From: a virus
DNA length: 64,000 nt
Virus record (IMG/VR): IMGVR_UViG_3300041585_000108
Coordinates: 11,319 to 75,318 of that record
Direction: 5' to 3' (one strand)
Shown: one piece after another, positions 1-7,874 of the stretch
How positions within the stretch are numbered: position 1 is the first letter of the stretch
Layout: each line of letters starts with the position of its first letter
Notes under the pieces: generated by a model
Seen by the model: only the letters and a program-made list of their open reading frames with translations
What the model was told of the DNA's origin: nothing
The model's database searches: none
Made by a program: the position numbers and the translations under genes

Positions 1-100
1 GCAGTGTAGATTCATATCCAAACTCGTCTAGTATATTTGATACAGTCTTTAAATGGGATACGCTTGTATCCCCGCCTCTTTCCATCCAATGAAATCTCAT
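1..100 (-). CDS. 5' part of a gene running off the window; possibly an LLM/luciferase-like flavin-dependent oxidoreductase
   Basis: Not in ORF track. ATG at 100 reads MRFHWMERGGDTSVSHLKTVSNILDEFGYESTL and is open to the edge. Preceded by TTGCCC-N17-TAGAAT-N6-ATG. Family guess rests only on the N-terminal pattern. Confidence 0.55.
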   Translation of the reverse strand, partial: MRFHWMERGGDTSVSHLKTVSNILDEFGYESTL

Positions 101-106
101 ATTACC

Positions 107-135
107 ATTCTATCATTTATGTAGTAAGGGGGCAA
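107..135 (-). promoter_or_regulatory. sigma70-type leaderless promoter
   Basis: TTGCCC (130-135), 17-nt spacer, TGa-TAGAAT (107-112), 6 nt before ATG at 100. Confidence 0.6.
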
Positions 136-160
136 GGCTGTTAACTATGACTTACAATGA

Positions 161-445
161 CTAATTAGCCTTTTTGTCTACAGTCCTAAATGCATCATTT
201 ATTTCTGTTAATGATAACCTGCCATCGTCTAAAAAAGCCCTTGCAAGCCTTTCAATGACTGTTGCTACGCCTAACAAACCTGCAAGCATAATTGCCTGAA
301 CTGTTTCAATTCCTACTACTGCTCCAGCACCAAGTACTGATAAACCAGAAGCAGCGAACACTGCAACAATACGCATTAAGATATTTGGAAGAGCCTTCTG
401 TGAGCTCTCTTTTTTTGGAGCTACGAATACTTTTTTAGTTGTCAT
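161..445 (-). CDS. small two-TM membrane protein (holin-like size and topology)
   Basis: 94 aa, two hydrophobic helices, charged C-terminus, GAGGAG SD upstream. Confidence 0.7.
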   Translation of the reverse strand: MTTKKVFVAPKKESSQKALPNILMRIVAVFAASGLSVLGAGAVVGIETVQAIMLAGLLGVATVIERLARAFLDDGRLSLTEINDAFRTVDKKAN

Positions 446-446
446 T

Positions 447-614
447 TTAGTCCTCCTCTCTATTTCTAATTTTATATGTTAGTGCCCAGAATATTAGCGT
501 GAATACAATTCCGTATCCAACAACATCTTTTGCGCTGCCATCTAAGACAACCCAGGCGATAAACATACCCAGGAGTGTCCATGCTTGATCTATCATATCT
601 TTGATGATTTTCAT
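447..614 (-). CDS. small two-TM membrane protein (55 aa)
   Basis: Not in ORF track. [58 protein letters not shown] overlaps the upstream TGA (TGATG) and the ORF fills the gap exactly. Confidence 0.75.
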   Translation of the reverse strand: MKIIKDMIDQAWTLLGMFIAWVVLDGSAKDVVGYGIVFTLIFWALTYKIRNREED

Positions 615-1951
615 CACTTTCCTTTCCTCCTTCTCATACCCTTGGATTCTCCTGAAGAGCCTCCTCCACCTGAACCTCCTCTTGAATTAGAAGAGCCTCC
701 TCCAGTGGATCCTGCTGCACCTGCTGCATTTATAGCAGCCCCTGTAGCAATAACTGTTACAACAACCATCTTGGTTGCTTCTTTTCTTTCTGCTGGAGAC
801 ATGTCTGCCCCAATACTTCCTAGGGCTGCTAATGCTGCTCCTGGATTTGAAAATAATTCTGCAGTAAATGCGGCTGGATCTGATATGAGTTCAACTTGAG
901 CAGCGACTTCTGCAGTAATTATAACTTCGTTTTCGTTCTCATCCTGTCTAACCTCAACAGGAGTTTCTGGTGGTAAATCTTGATACTCAATTCCTGCTTC
1001 TTTTATTTCCGCAGAAGTAAGTGCTTCATTTGGTGCTAATGATGCTACAAGAACTCCAGCAACTGCTATTTTTTCTTCATTAGTAATAGGCTTAGGTTGT
1101 CTTGGCTGTGGCCCTAGTTCTGGCTTTGGTTCTGGCTGTGGCCCTAGTTCTGGCTTTGGCTGTGGCTGTGGCTGAGGTTCTGGTTGTAGCTGTGGCCCTA
1201 GTTCTGGCTTTGGTTCTGGCTTTGGTTCTGGCTTTGGTTCTGGCTGTGGCTGTGGCTTTGGCCCTAGTTCTGGCTTTGGTTCTGGCTGTGGCTGTGGCTT
1301 TGGTTCTGGCTTTGGTTCTGGCTGTGGCTGTGGCTGTGGCCCTAGTTCTGGCTTTGGTTCTGGCTGTGGCTGTGGCTGTGGCCCTAGTTCTGGCTTTGGC
1401 TGTGGCTGTGGCTGAGGTTCTGGTTGTGGCTGTGGCCCTAGTTCTGGCTTTGGTTCTGGCTGTGGCTGTGGCTGTGGCCCTAGTTCTGGCTTTGGTTCTG
1501 GCTGTGGCTGTGGCTGAGGTTCTGGTTGTGGTTGTGGCTGAGGTTCTGGTTGTGGTTGTGGTTGAACTACTGGTGGCAATGGTGTTGGCTCAGGAGTCGG
1601 TTCGGGTTGGGGTTGAGGTTGCGGTGAAGGCTCTGGCTCAGTTGAAGGTTCAGGCTGCGGTGTTGGACTCACAGAAGGCCCAGGACTAGGTGATGGAAAT
1701 GGCTGCGCTGTTTGTGTTGGCTCTGAGTTTGGGTTTGATTCTGGGGTACTGGTCGGCAATGGTGAGGATTGCTCGTTTGGAGCGGGACTTGGTGAAGGCT
1801 CTGGAGTCGTTGACGGTGTTGAAGGAGCAGGTTCTGAGCTTGGGCTTTGAGAAGAATCGGCTGCGTGAGCTTTATCTATGCCAAGGAGCAGGGGTGCTGA
1901 TACAAGTATTAATACTAAAACTATGCGTAATAATTTTTTTATTTTCCTCAT
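614..1951 (-). CDS. exported Pro/Gln/Glu-rich repeat protein with C-terminal membrane anchor
   Basis: Start moved to ATG 1951 (SD GAGGGAG). Signal peptide ending AHA, long PS/PQ/PE stalk, C-terminal domain, hydrophobic helix, Gly/Ser linker, RRRK tail. Confidence 0.8.
   Translation of the reverse strand: MRKIKKLLRIVLVLILVSAPLLLGIDKAHAADSSQSPSSEPAPSTPSTTPEPSPSPAPNEQSSPLPTSTPESNPNSEPTQTAQPFPSPSPGPSVSPTPQPEPSTEPEPSPQPQPQPEPTPEPTPLPPVVQPQPQPEPQPQPQPEPQPQPQPEPKPELGPQPQPQPEPKPELGPQPQPEPQPQPQPKPELGPQPQPQPEPKPELGPQPQPQPEPKPEPKPQPQPEPKPELGPKPQPQPEPKPEPKPEPKPELGPQLQPEPQPQPQPKPELGPQPEPKPELGPQPRQPKPITNEEKIAVAGVLVASLAPNEALTSAEIKEAGIEYQDLPPETPVEVRQDENENEVIITAEVAAQVELISDPAAFTAELFSNPGAALAALGSIGADMSPAERKEATKMVVVTVIATGAAINAAGAAGSTGGGSSNSRGGSGGGGSSGESKGMRRRKGK
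1103..1563 (-). repeat. coding tandem repeats (CAGCCA, GAACCAAAGCCA, GAACTAGGGCCA) encoding [10 protein letters not shown]
   Basis: Repeated 6- and 12-bp units visible directly, all multiples of 3. Confidence 0.9.
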
Positions 1952-2002
1952 CTCCCTCTGCATAATAATGTTTAGCAAGATAATTATATCATTTTATTAT
2001 AC

Positions 2003-2033
2003 AAAAAAGGGACCTACATAAGCAGATCCCTTT
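2003..2033 (-). terminator. Rho-independent terminator
   Basis: Minus strand AAAGGGATCT-loop-AGGTCCCTTT followed by T run. Confidence 0.65.
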
Positions 2034-2046
2034 AGTGTTGGACTGA

Positions 2047-2212
2047 TTACTTCTTTAACGTAACCTTAGTCTTAGGATTCTTTGCATTCCACTTCTTAGC
2101 AAGAGCATTGTACTGTAACGAAAAGTGGTGCTGCCGAAGATGTTGATACAGAAACTGACATAATTGCTAGGGCTGCAGCAGTAGCAATTGAGATTTTTTT
2201 AAATGAATTCAT
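2047..2212 (-). pseudogene. apparent internally deleted exported-protein gene (signal peptide fused out of frame to a basic C-terminal tail)
   Basis: GGAGA SD, then MNSFKKISIATAAALAIMSVSVSTSSAAPLFVTV with stop at 2096. A second frame QYNALAKKWNAKNPKTKVTLKK* ends at 2047, just before the terminator. Confidence 0.6.
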
Positions 2213-2254
2213 CGTTCTCCTTATTTTAATCTAATCCTAAAACGAATTAAAAAC

Positions 2255-2425
2255 TTAGTTTAATTCTATTACTTTTACTTGAAAAGAACAAGGGTCTCCA
2301 CCCTCATCCCACTCTTGCATTTCTTCGTCTGACATGGGGGGGCTATCATGTGTATTGCAAAATACATCTGAGATCCATCCTCTTTTATAGCCATTTTCTA
2401 GCCATATTTCAAACTCTAAATCCAT
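2255..2425 (-). CDS. hypothetical protein (56 aa, Cys/His, acidic)
   Basis: Not in ORF track. MDLEFEIWLENGYKRGWISDVFCNTHDSPPMSDEEMQEWDEGGDPCSFQVKVIELN; overlaps end of thioredoxin. Confidence 0.7.
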   Translation of the reverse strand: MDLEFEIWLENGYKRGWISDVFCNTHDSPPMSDEEMQEWDEGGDPCSFQVKVIELN

Positions 2426-2718
2426 TTTGATAGCTCTTCAAGCATAACATGCTTTGGTTTTGCGCCATTAATTGTTTTTACTGGCTTACCAAATTTAAAT
2501 AAAATCATAGTTGGAATAGTTTTGATTTCAAACTGATCGGATTTAATTGGGTTTTCATCAACATTTAGTTTCCCAACCCACAAACCCTTTTCAATAGAAA
2601 TTTCATCTAGTATAGGAGATACTTTTTTACATGGTCCACACCATTCAGCCCAAAAATCAATGAGTATTAAATCGTGTGATAGCAAAGTACTTTCAAAGCT
2701 TTTATCTGTTACCTTCAT
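2416..2718 (-). CDS. trxA: thioredoxin
   Basis: DFWAEWCGPCK active site, IPT cis-Pro motif, 100 aa. Confidence 0.95.
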   Translation of the reverse strand: MKVTDKSFESTLLSHDLILIDFWAEWCGPCKKVSPILDEISIEKGLWVGKLNVDENPIKSDQFEIKTIPTMILFKFGKPVKTINGAKPKHVMLEELSKWI

Positions 2719-2924
2719 GGTTGATCTTTTAAAGCTTTTGCTGCGGCGTTAAACCTAAGCATAAACTCTTGTATAACCCAAAATGTTGTTTCGCCAGCAT
2801 TTTTAGACATAGCTTCAGATATTTCTAATGTTCGATCTTCTTCTGCTAGTGCGTTATACCATTTTTGATAAAGCTCTTGTCCTAAATCTTTAACTATTCC
2901 ATCTAAAACTGTAATATTAGACAT
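2715..2924 (-). CDS. hypothetical protein
   Basis: 69 aa, overlaps both neighbours in operon fashion. Confidence 0.7.
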   Translation of the reverse strand: MSNITVLDGIVKDLGQELYQKWYNALAEEDRTLEISEAMSKNAGETTFWVIQEFMLRFNAAAKALKDQP

Positions 2925-4062
2925 TTAATTTTGCCATCCATAATGCTTTAGTTGCTTCAAGCTTATCCTGAGCCGCTTTTAATTCATTAGCATACTGCAA
3001 TTCTGCTGCTGCAATGGCTATATCAACTTGAATCTTTACTAATGCCTTTTTAGCTGCTAAAGAGTCTGCTAAAATTTTTGCTGCTAAAGAGTCTGCTTGT
3101 GCTTTTTCTAATGCTATTTGCTCATTAGTTTTTGCTATTACTGGGGAAGAAGAAGTATTAATAATAGGCATAAGCTTATTAAATGTTCCCTGACGACCAA
3201 CTGTTTTTGTTGAGATACTTTTTAAATAATCAATCATTTTTTGTCCAGAATAACCAAAATTATCAATTGCGCTTAAATAAGTTGCAGCAGCAACCTGTGT
3301 TGCACCAGATGTTCCAGCAGTATTTTTAACAATATTGTTTGGTCCAGTAAGAGGCATGTTCCCTTTGGCAAAAAAATCTAAAAGCAAGTTGTCATTATTA
3401 CTATAAGATGCAATTTCATTAATTTGATCTACTGCACCTATTGATACTACCTCTGAAATACATGATGGCCAATCAATTCTTGAGTAATCACGAGCATTAC
3501 CTGCTGCAGAAAATACTGGTATGTTGGCTGACATTAAATTTTGAACTGCAGTTACTGTGCGAGGGAATGTAGGGCAATACTGTTCTCCTGAAGAGATGTG
3601 TAATCCTGAACTGCCTTGTGATATTGAAACTGCTTTGATGTTGTACCTAGATGCATTTTCTGAAACCCAAGCTAAGGCAGAAGATATTGTTGTTTCTCCA
3701 GCAGGCTTTCTTAATCCAGTTGAAGTGTGTGCAATAATTTTAATAAAAAGAATTTTAATATTTGAATTAGTTCGCACTGCTGCCGATGCCATCATTGTGC
3801 CGTGATCAAATCCATTTTTAACAATAAGATCCGAAGACATAGACGCTGATCCAGCACCTTCTTGAAAATTAGTTCCATTAGGACACAAATCCCACTGAAG
3901 AATACAAACTTCTCCTACAATTTTGTTTTGAAATTCAGGCAAGGAGGTATCGATTGCAGTATCTAGAATTGCTAAAACTGGTGCATCGTTATTAGCCTGT
4001 GCAATTGCAACAGGAGACAGAAGTGATAAGGTAAGTACCGCCGTGATTAGTTTATTTTTCAT
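2917..4062 (-). CDS. secreted subtilisin-like (S8) serine protease
   Basis: Signal peptide; triad ILDTA / HGT / GTSGA; oxyanion motif AAGN; Ala/Lys coiled-coil tail. Confidence 0.88.
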   Translation of the reverse strand: MKNKLITAVLTLSLLSPVAIAQANNDAPVLAILDTAIDTSLPEFQNKIVGEVCILQWDLCPNGTNFQEGAGSASMSSDLIVKNGFDHGTMMASAAVRTNSNIKILFIKIIAHTSTGLRKPAGETTISSALAWVSENASRYNIKAVSISQGSSGLHISSGEQYCPTFPRTVTAVQNLMSANIPVFSAAGNARDYSRIDWPSCISEVVSIGAVDQINEIASYSNNDNLLLDFFAKGNMPLTGPNNIVKNTAGTSGATQVAAATYLSAIDNFGYSGQKMIDYLKSISTKTVGRQGTFNKLMPIINTSSSPVIAKTNEQIALEKAQADSLAAKILADSLAAKKALVKIQVDIAIAAAELQYANELKAAQDKLEATKALWMAKLNV

Positions 4063-4068
4063 ATCTTA

Positions 4069-4096
4069 ATTGTACTAAATATTAAAATATTGTCAA
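4069..4096 (-). promoter_or_regulatory. leaderless sigma70-type promoter for S8 protease
   Basis: TTGACA-N16-TACAAT-N6-ATG. Confidence 0.7.
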
Positions 4097-4245
4097 GGGT
4101 TATTCTTATACCATTTACCAGACTCTAAAATACTTAATTTTTCTTTTTCTATAAGCTCATTTACTAATAAAATCAATACGTCTGTGATGGATGAAATTTG
4201 TTCTACTTTACTTTCTAATTGTTTAATTCTTTTAGATTTACTCAA
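4093..4245 (-). CDS. hypothetical protein (50 aa)
   Basis: Not in ORF track. TTG start with AGGA SD; MSKSKRIKQLESKVEQISSITDVLILLVNELIEKEKLSILESGKWYKNNP; fills the gap. Confidence 0.55.
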   Translation of the reverse strand: MSKSKRIKQLESKVEQISSITDVLILLVNELIEKEKLSILESGKWYKNNP

Positions 4246-4603
4246 TTATATTCCTGTCTAATAATGTTGGTGCTGTTGCTAAACTTCCGCAGGCAAGGCA
4301 CTCCATGTCTAAATAATAGGTTGCTATTTCATAATCTTCAAAGGCAACCTTAACTAACCAAACTCCAGATCCGCAGGGGCATACGTGTGTTGGGGTTCCT
4401 CTTAAATCAATAGCTTTGTCGTAATCTATGGGAGGAACATACTGAGGATCATTTTCTTGAGCTATCTTTAGTATGTCCTGCACTGCTTCTTCATACTTAT
4501 CTATGTAGTAGAACCCAAGCTTAAACCTTCTAAAAAATATTCTAGCAAAAAGGGATAGTGATATTAAACTTATTGTGATTGATATAATTAATGCTATCCT
4601 CAT
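4238..4603 (-). CDS. membrane-anchored Zn-ribbon protein
   Basis: N-terminal TM helix; CPCG and CLACG motifs; TATAAT 6 nt upstream of ATG. Confidence 0.7.
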   Translation of the reverse strand: MRIALIISITISLISLSLFARIFFRRFKLGFYYIDKYEEAVQDILKIAQENDPQYVPPIDYDKAIDLRGTPTHVCPCGSGVWLVKVAFEDYEIATYYLDMECLACGSLATAPTLLDRNIIE

Positions 4604-4617
4604 ATAAAAATTATACC

Positions 4618-5172
4618 TTAAACCTGTATATATGTAAAGGGTGCAGATACGGACATATTAAATTCTGCGGCTGCTTCTAAAGCTGCCTTAAGTCTTACTT
4701 TTGGGTTTTTTTGATTTTTAGTGGCATGTAAAGCTCCCAGTGCTATTGATCCACCGCTTCCTTCTGCCATATAGTTAACTATGTTTTCTCCAACATGAAA
4801 GTCTTCATCTATAGTAAAGATTCTACCTTCTAGCCCAACAATAAATATTCCGCCTGTGTCTTCATCTGTTCCGCCTATATCTCCAAAGCCATGCTCTTTG
4901 AATGTAAGCTTGACTGAATCTACAAACTTAGTTCTTAAAAATTTATCTAAACCTGAGTTTGTTTTTGTTGGAGTATACTTTGGTGGGGTCCAAGAGTACT
5001 GAAGTATTTGCCCCATTCTAAAAGAGTCCGTAAATGCAATAGCATACTGACCAACCTTAAAGCATTTAGGCTCTTTTCTTGCTATTATCCATCCGCTTTT
5101 ATCATCAGATGCAGCGTGGTCGGAACCCATATAAACAGTTCCATTTTGAGCAATAGCCACAATACAGGTCAT
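4618..5172 (-). CDS. Ntn-hydrolase, HslV/proteasome beta-subunit-like protease
   Basis: N-terminal M-T-CIVA (catalytic Thr1), MGSD, conserved Lys, GSG loop, SVSAPF end. Confidence 0.8.
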   Translation of the reverse strand: MTCIVAIAQNGTVYMGSDHAASDDKSGWIIARKEPKCFKVGQYAIAFTDSFRMGQILQYSWTPPKYTPTKTNSGLDKFLRTKFVDSVKLTFKEHGFGDIGGTDEDTGGIFIVGLEGRIFTIDEDFHVGENIVNYMAEGSGGSIALGALHATKNQKNPKVRLKAALEAAAEFNMSVSAPFTYIQV

Positions 5173-5204
5173 AACTTAATTATACTAAATTTAAATTCGA
5201 AAGT

Positions 5205-5522
5205 CTACTCATCAAGCCTATCCATATCTATATGTATTCCAATATGGTCTATTTTGCTTAAACAAGCATCTAAATCTGATTTTACATGTATAAGCTCTTG
5301 TAATGCCTCATAGTATTTATCTTTCCACTCATCTAAATCTTTTTCTAATTTGTACAATTTTATTTGTAGGTCTTTTAATTCTATAAGCAGCCCATCATGA
5401 GCTTTTTCACTTAACCGAATAAACTCTTTTTTCTTCTGGATTTTGTAATTAAATAAAACTCCTACTAAACCACTAGAAATAGAAGCAATTAAAGTTACAA
5501 TTATCTGAGTATATGTTGGCAT
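5205..5522 (-). CDS. N-terminal TM plus coiled-coil protein
   Basis: Hydrophobic N-terminus, heptad-rich remainder. Confidence 0.7.
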   Translation of the reverse strand: MPTYTQIIVTLIASISSGLVGVLFNYKIQKKKEFIRLSEKAHDGLLIELKDLQIKLYKLEKDLDEWKDKYYEALQELIHVKSDLDACLSKIDHIGIHIDMDRLDE

Positions 5523-5543
5523 TATTACATAATTATACCTTAT

Positions 5544-5780
5544 TTAAACTAACAATTCAGAAGCTTTTATTTCTTCTCCTGCATATCTTTTCTTTGTAAT
5601 ATAATCTTTAACAATTTCATGCCCATATTGTCTTCCAGATAGTATTACTGTCCATCTAGGCTCTAGTTTATTTGAAATACATGTTTCGCACATTAATAAA
5701 TTAATGGGCAATAATGCAGATCTTTTTAAGACTAAATTTGCCTTACTCTTATTGCAACAATAACATAATACTTTTTCCAT
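5544..5780 (-). CDS. small Zn-finger protein
   Basis: CYCC and CETC motifs. Confidence 0.7.
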   Translation of the reverse strand: MEKVLCYCCNKSKANLVLKRSALLPINLLMCETCISNKLEPRWTVILSGRQYGHEIVKDYITKKRYAGEEIKASELLV

Positions 5781-5974
5781 TAATCTTCCTTCATTTCTGT
5801 AAGTGCAATCTCATCTGAAAAAATGAAATCGTTTGTATCAAAAAGCTCAGTAACTTCTTCAAATCCATCGTGATATTTTATCATAGACATGTATGCCCCT
5901 TGCGATATTACTACGCCATACCTTTGTTCTGGTATGATAAATACTATTGATGCTACGTCACCTTGTTCTTCCAC
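5780..5974 (-). CDS. hypothetical protein
   Basis: ORF track 5780..6037; likely start GTG 5974 to limit overlap with upstream gene. Confidence 0.55.
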   Translation of the reverse strand: MEEQGDVASIVFIIPEQRYGVVISQGAYMSMIKYHDGFEEVTELFDTNDFIFSDEIALTEMKED

Positions 5975-6281
5975 CTGGCTTTCCTTCCAACTCGACTCTA
6001 ATCCCGTATGATTCCAGGACCTTTTTAACCATTTCAATATAATCTATAACTCTTAATCTCATACTTCCATCGTACTGTGAAAAATTATCTTCATATAGTC
6101 TGATTGCTAAAAACTCAGGATATTTTACTATATCCATCTGTAAGTCGTAAGCTGGGCTAGTAAGCTCTCTTACTTTTCTTGCCATTTCTTTTGTATAAAA
6201 AACTGGTTTGTTTGCTTCCCCAGTCCATTCATTAATTCCAAATTTAAAATGATCTTTATTTTTGTCTATAAAGTTAGCCAT
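5958..6281 (-). CDS. hypothetical protein
   Basis: 107 aa, translationally coupled to whiB. Confidence 0.75.
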   Translation of the reverse strand: MANFIDKNKDHFKFGINEWTGEANKPVFYTKEMARKVRELTSPAYDLQMDIVKYPEFLAIRLYEDNFSQYDGSMRLRVIDYIEMVKKVLESYGIRVELEGKPGGRTR

Positions 6282-6582
6282 GAAGCCTCTTTATAGACTT
6301 AGATATTTCTTTTGTCTTATGAGAATTTTTTGATTTATCTGGTATGCCAGAGTTTAAATATACTCCACCCCAAACACCATAGTTATCTGATTTTACTCCA
6401 GCAGCATAACAAATTGAAATTACTGGGCAAGACATACACGCTTGATCAATGCTCTTAGCAACATTTACATCAGATTCGTATGAGTCAAAAAATAAATTTG
6501 TATCCATTCCTAAGCACAAGGCAAGGTCTTGCCACTCAAAATTATCTTTCTCAAGCCCTAGGCTATTTAAAAATTTTGACAT
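6274..6582 (-). CDS. whiB: WhiB-family Fe-S transcription factor
   Basis: WQDLALC...LFF...CMSCPVISIC...GVWGG (four Cys plus GVWGG turn); start set at ATG 6582. Confidence 0.9.
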   Translation of the reverse strand: MSKFLNSLGLEKDNFEWQDLALCLGMDTNLFFDSYESDVNVAKSIDQACMSCPVISICYAAGVKSDNYGVWGGVYLNSGIPDKSKNSHKTKEISKSIKRLHG

Positions 6583-6793
6583 ATTTTGCTGGAAGCTTCC
6601 ATAGCCCGTCATTATTGATTGCAAATTCTTCTGCAATCCCCCATTTATTTCTAAACAATCCTTTATTATTTGTAAATCCTAATTGATCTTTTTCCCAAAT
6701 AACTAATGAATAATTATTCCAAAATGAATCAAGGTCTTTGGACTTGGCTTTTTTAATTAACACATCTACGCCAAGCTCAGTTAGATTAAGCAA
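6563..6793 (-). CDS. hypothetical protein
   Basis: 76 aa, TTG start with AGGAAG SD, directly downstream of tRNA-Leu. Confidence 0.7.
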   Translation of the reverse strand: MLNLTELGVDVLIKKAKSKDLDSFWNNYSLVIWEKDQLGFTNNKGLFRNKWGIAEEFAINNDGLWKLPAKYVKIFK

Positions 6794-6809
6794 TTGTCTT
6801 CCTGTCTAG

Positions 6810-6893
6810 TATCAATAGTCGGATTTGAACCGACACTCCACAATTGGAGGCAAATTTTAAGTCTGCTGCGTCTGCCGATTCCGCCATACTGAC
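6810..6893 (-). tRNA. tRNA-Leu(TAA)
   Basis: Acceptor GTCAGTA/TATTGAT, anticodon arm GCAGA-CTTAAAA-TTTGC, long variable arm, T arm GTCGG-TTCAAAT-CCGAC; CCA not encoded. Confidence 0.9.
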
Positions 6894-6907
6894 ATAATGC
6901 TAATACT

Positions 6908-6936
6908 ATTATACTATCCTAAATTGGACATGTCAA
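6908..6936 (-). promoter_or_regulatory. consensus sigma70-type promoter for tRNA-Leu/whiB operon
   Basis: TTGACA-N17-TATAAT exact consensus. Confidence 0.85.
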
Positions 6937-7079
6937 CTATTTTTAAATATTTTTATTAATTCTACGCTTTTTATTTCATCATCTACGCTAAATATATCTC
7001 TAACATATTCTTTTGCATCCGCCTCATTAAAAGCTTGAACCTCTAGCTCAACATTTAATTCAATATAATAGGTATTCAT
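6933..7079 (-). CDS. hypothetical protein (48 aa)
   Basis: MNTYYIELNVELEVQAFNEADAKEYV...; start ATG 7079 avoids overlap with the endolysin. Confidence 0.6.
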   Translation of the reverse strand: MNTYYIELNVELEVQAFNEADAKEYVRDIFSVDDEIKSVELIKIFKNS

Positions 7080-7098
7080 TTGCTTAACTGTTTTCTTG

Positions 7099-7659
7099 CT
7101 AGCTGGGCAAACTTTTTGCCGAAGCCCTTTTCTTAGTAGATTTAGCAGGAGATGGAGTTGATCCAAATTTAGGACGACCAAATCCAACAATTGAAATCAT
7201 AACTTTCTTGGGGTTCTTCTTGTAAGCACGAAGTTTCTTGGCAACCTGCCCGCCATTACGTTGGCTTCCCTTGTCATCAGAGCTTGTATTACCTTCAATG
7301 CACCAAACTGTTCCGTCACCATTGTCTTTAACAACAATGCCTACGTGAGAAATTCTATCGACACCATCTGCGGGAAAATCAAAGTAAGCGATATCTCCTG
7401 CATCTGGGTCCGCTAAGTTGCCATCAATCCAAGCTCCAGCTTTCTTAAATGCTGCTGCACCACCAGGTGTGTAAACGGTATTAGGTACCTTTACTCCAGC
7501 TTCGTTAGCACACCAGTTTACGAATGAACCGCACCATGGCTGAAAGTTAGCTTTAGCGTACTTTCCATACTTGGTCTCGTTATCTTTTGGACCTTCAATA
7601 GTCCCAAGTTCTGCTGTAGCTACTTCAATAAGTTTAGCTACTGTTCCTTTATCTGCCAT
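7099..7659 (-). CDS. CHAP-domain endolysin/amidase
   Basis: PWCGSFV catalytic Cys, SHVGIV catalytic His, IEGNT motif; start ATG 7659 overlaps upstream TAA. Confidence 0.88.
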   Translation of the reverse strand: MADKGTVAKLIEVATAELGTIEGPKDNETKYGKYAKANFQPWCGSFVNWCANEAGVKVPNTVYTPGGAAAFKKAGAWIDGNLADPDAGDIAYFDFPADGVDRISHVGIVVKDNGDGTVWCIEGNTSSDDKGSQRNGGQVAKKLRAYKKNPKKVMISIVGFGRPKFGSTPSPAKSTKKRASAKSLPS

Positions 7660-7781
7660 TACTTGTTCCAATCCTCATCTACTGGTTGCTCTTCTGGCAT
7701 TGCACCATCTGGCTTTGCTGCTAAACGTGCAGCGATAGCATCTAAGTCTGCTGTTGAATAACGATATTCTTTTTTAACCAT
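7659..7781 (-). CDS. 40-aa ORF in the holin position with no TM segment; possible in-frame deletion remnant
   Basis: Not in ORF track. GGAG SD; MVKKEYRYSTADLDAIAARLAAKPDGAMPEEQPVDEDWNK; TAATG coupling to endolysin. Confidence 0.65.
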   Translation of the reverse strand: MVKKEYRYSTADLDAIAARLAAKPDGAMPEEQPVDEDWNK

Positions 7782-7853
7782 TTGTTGCTCCTTGTTTTGT
7801 AGTATCAGGTGTAATTTTTATTACATCCTTTGTGCAGGTCTGAGTTGCCTCAT
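7774..7853 (-). pseudogene. apparent frameshifted or deleted remnant of first gene of the lysis operon
   Basis: Promoter TATAAT (7860-7865)-N6-ATG gives only 10 codons. A start-less frame EATQTCTKDVIKITPDTTKQGATNG* overlaps the next ATG. Confidence 0.45.
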
Positions 7854-7874
7854 GAATCTATTATACCACTTTAA

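Noticed and set aside
1103-1563. Repeat array as possible CRISPR
   Set aside because: Units are contiguous in-frame coding repeats with no unique spacers.
1102-1965. Plus-strand hydrophobic ORFs (AVALVLAL...)
   Set aside because: Antisense shadow of the Pro-rich repeat gene; no SD or promoter, and against the genome-wide strand bias.
7080-7190. Longer 6933..7190 ORF, or a frameshift at the endolysin C-terminus (KVCPASKK in the alternative frame)
   Set aside because: It overlaps the endolysin. A frameshift in the A5 run is conceivable but cannot be supported without homologues, and the catalytic domain is unaffected.
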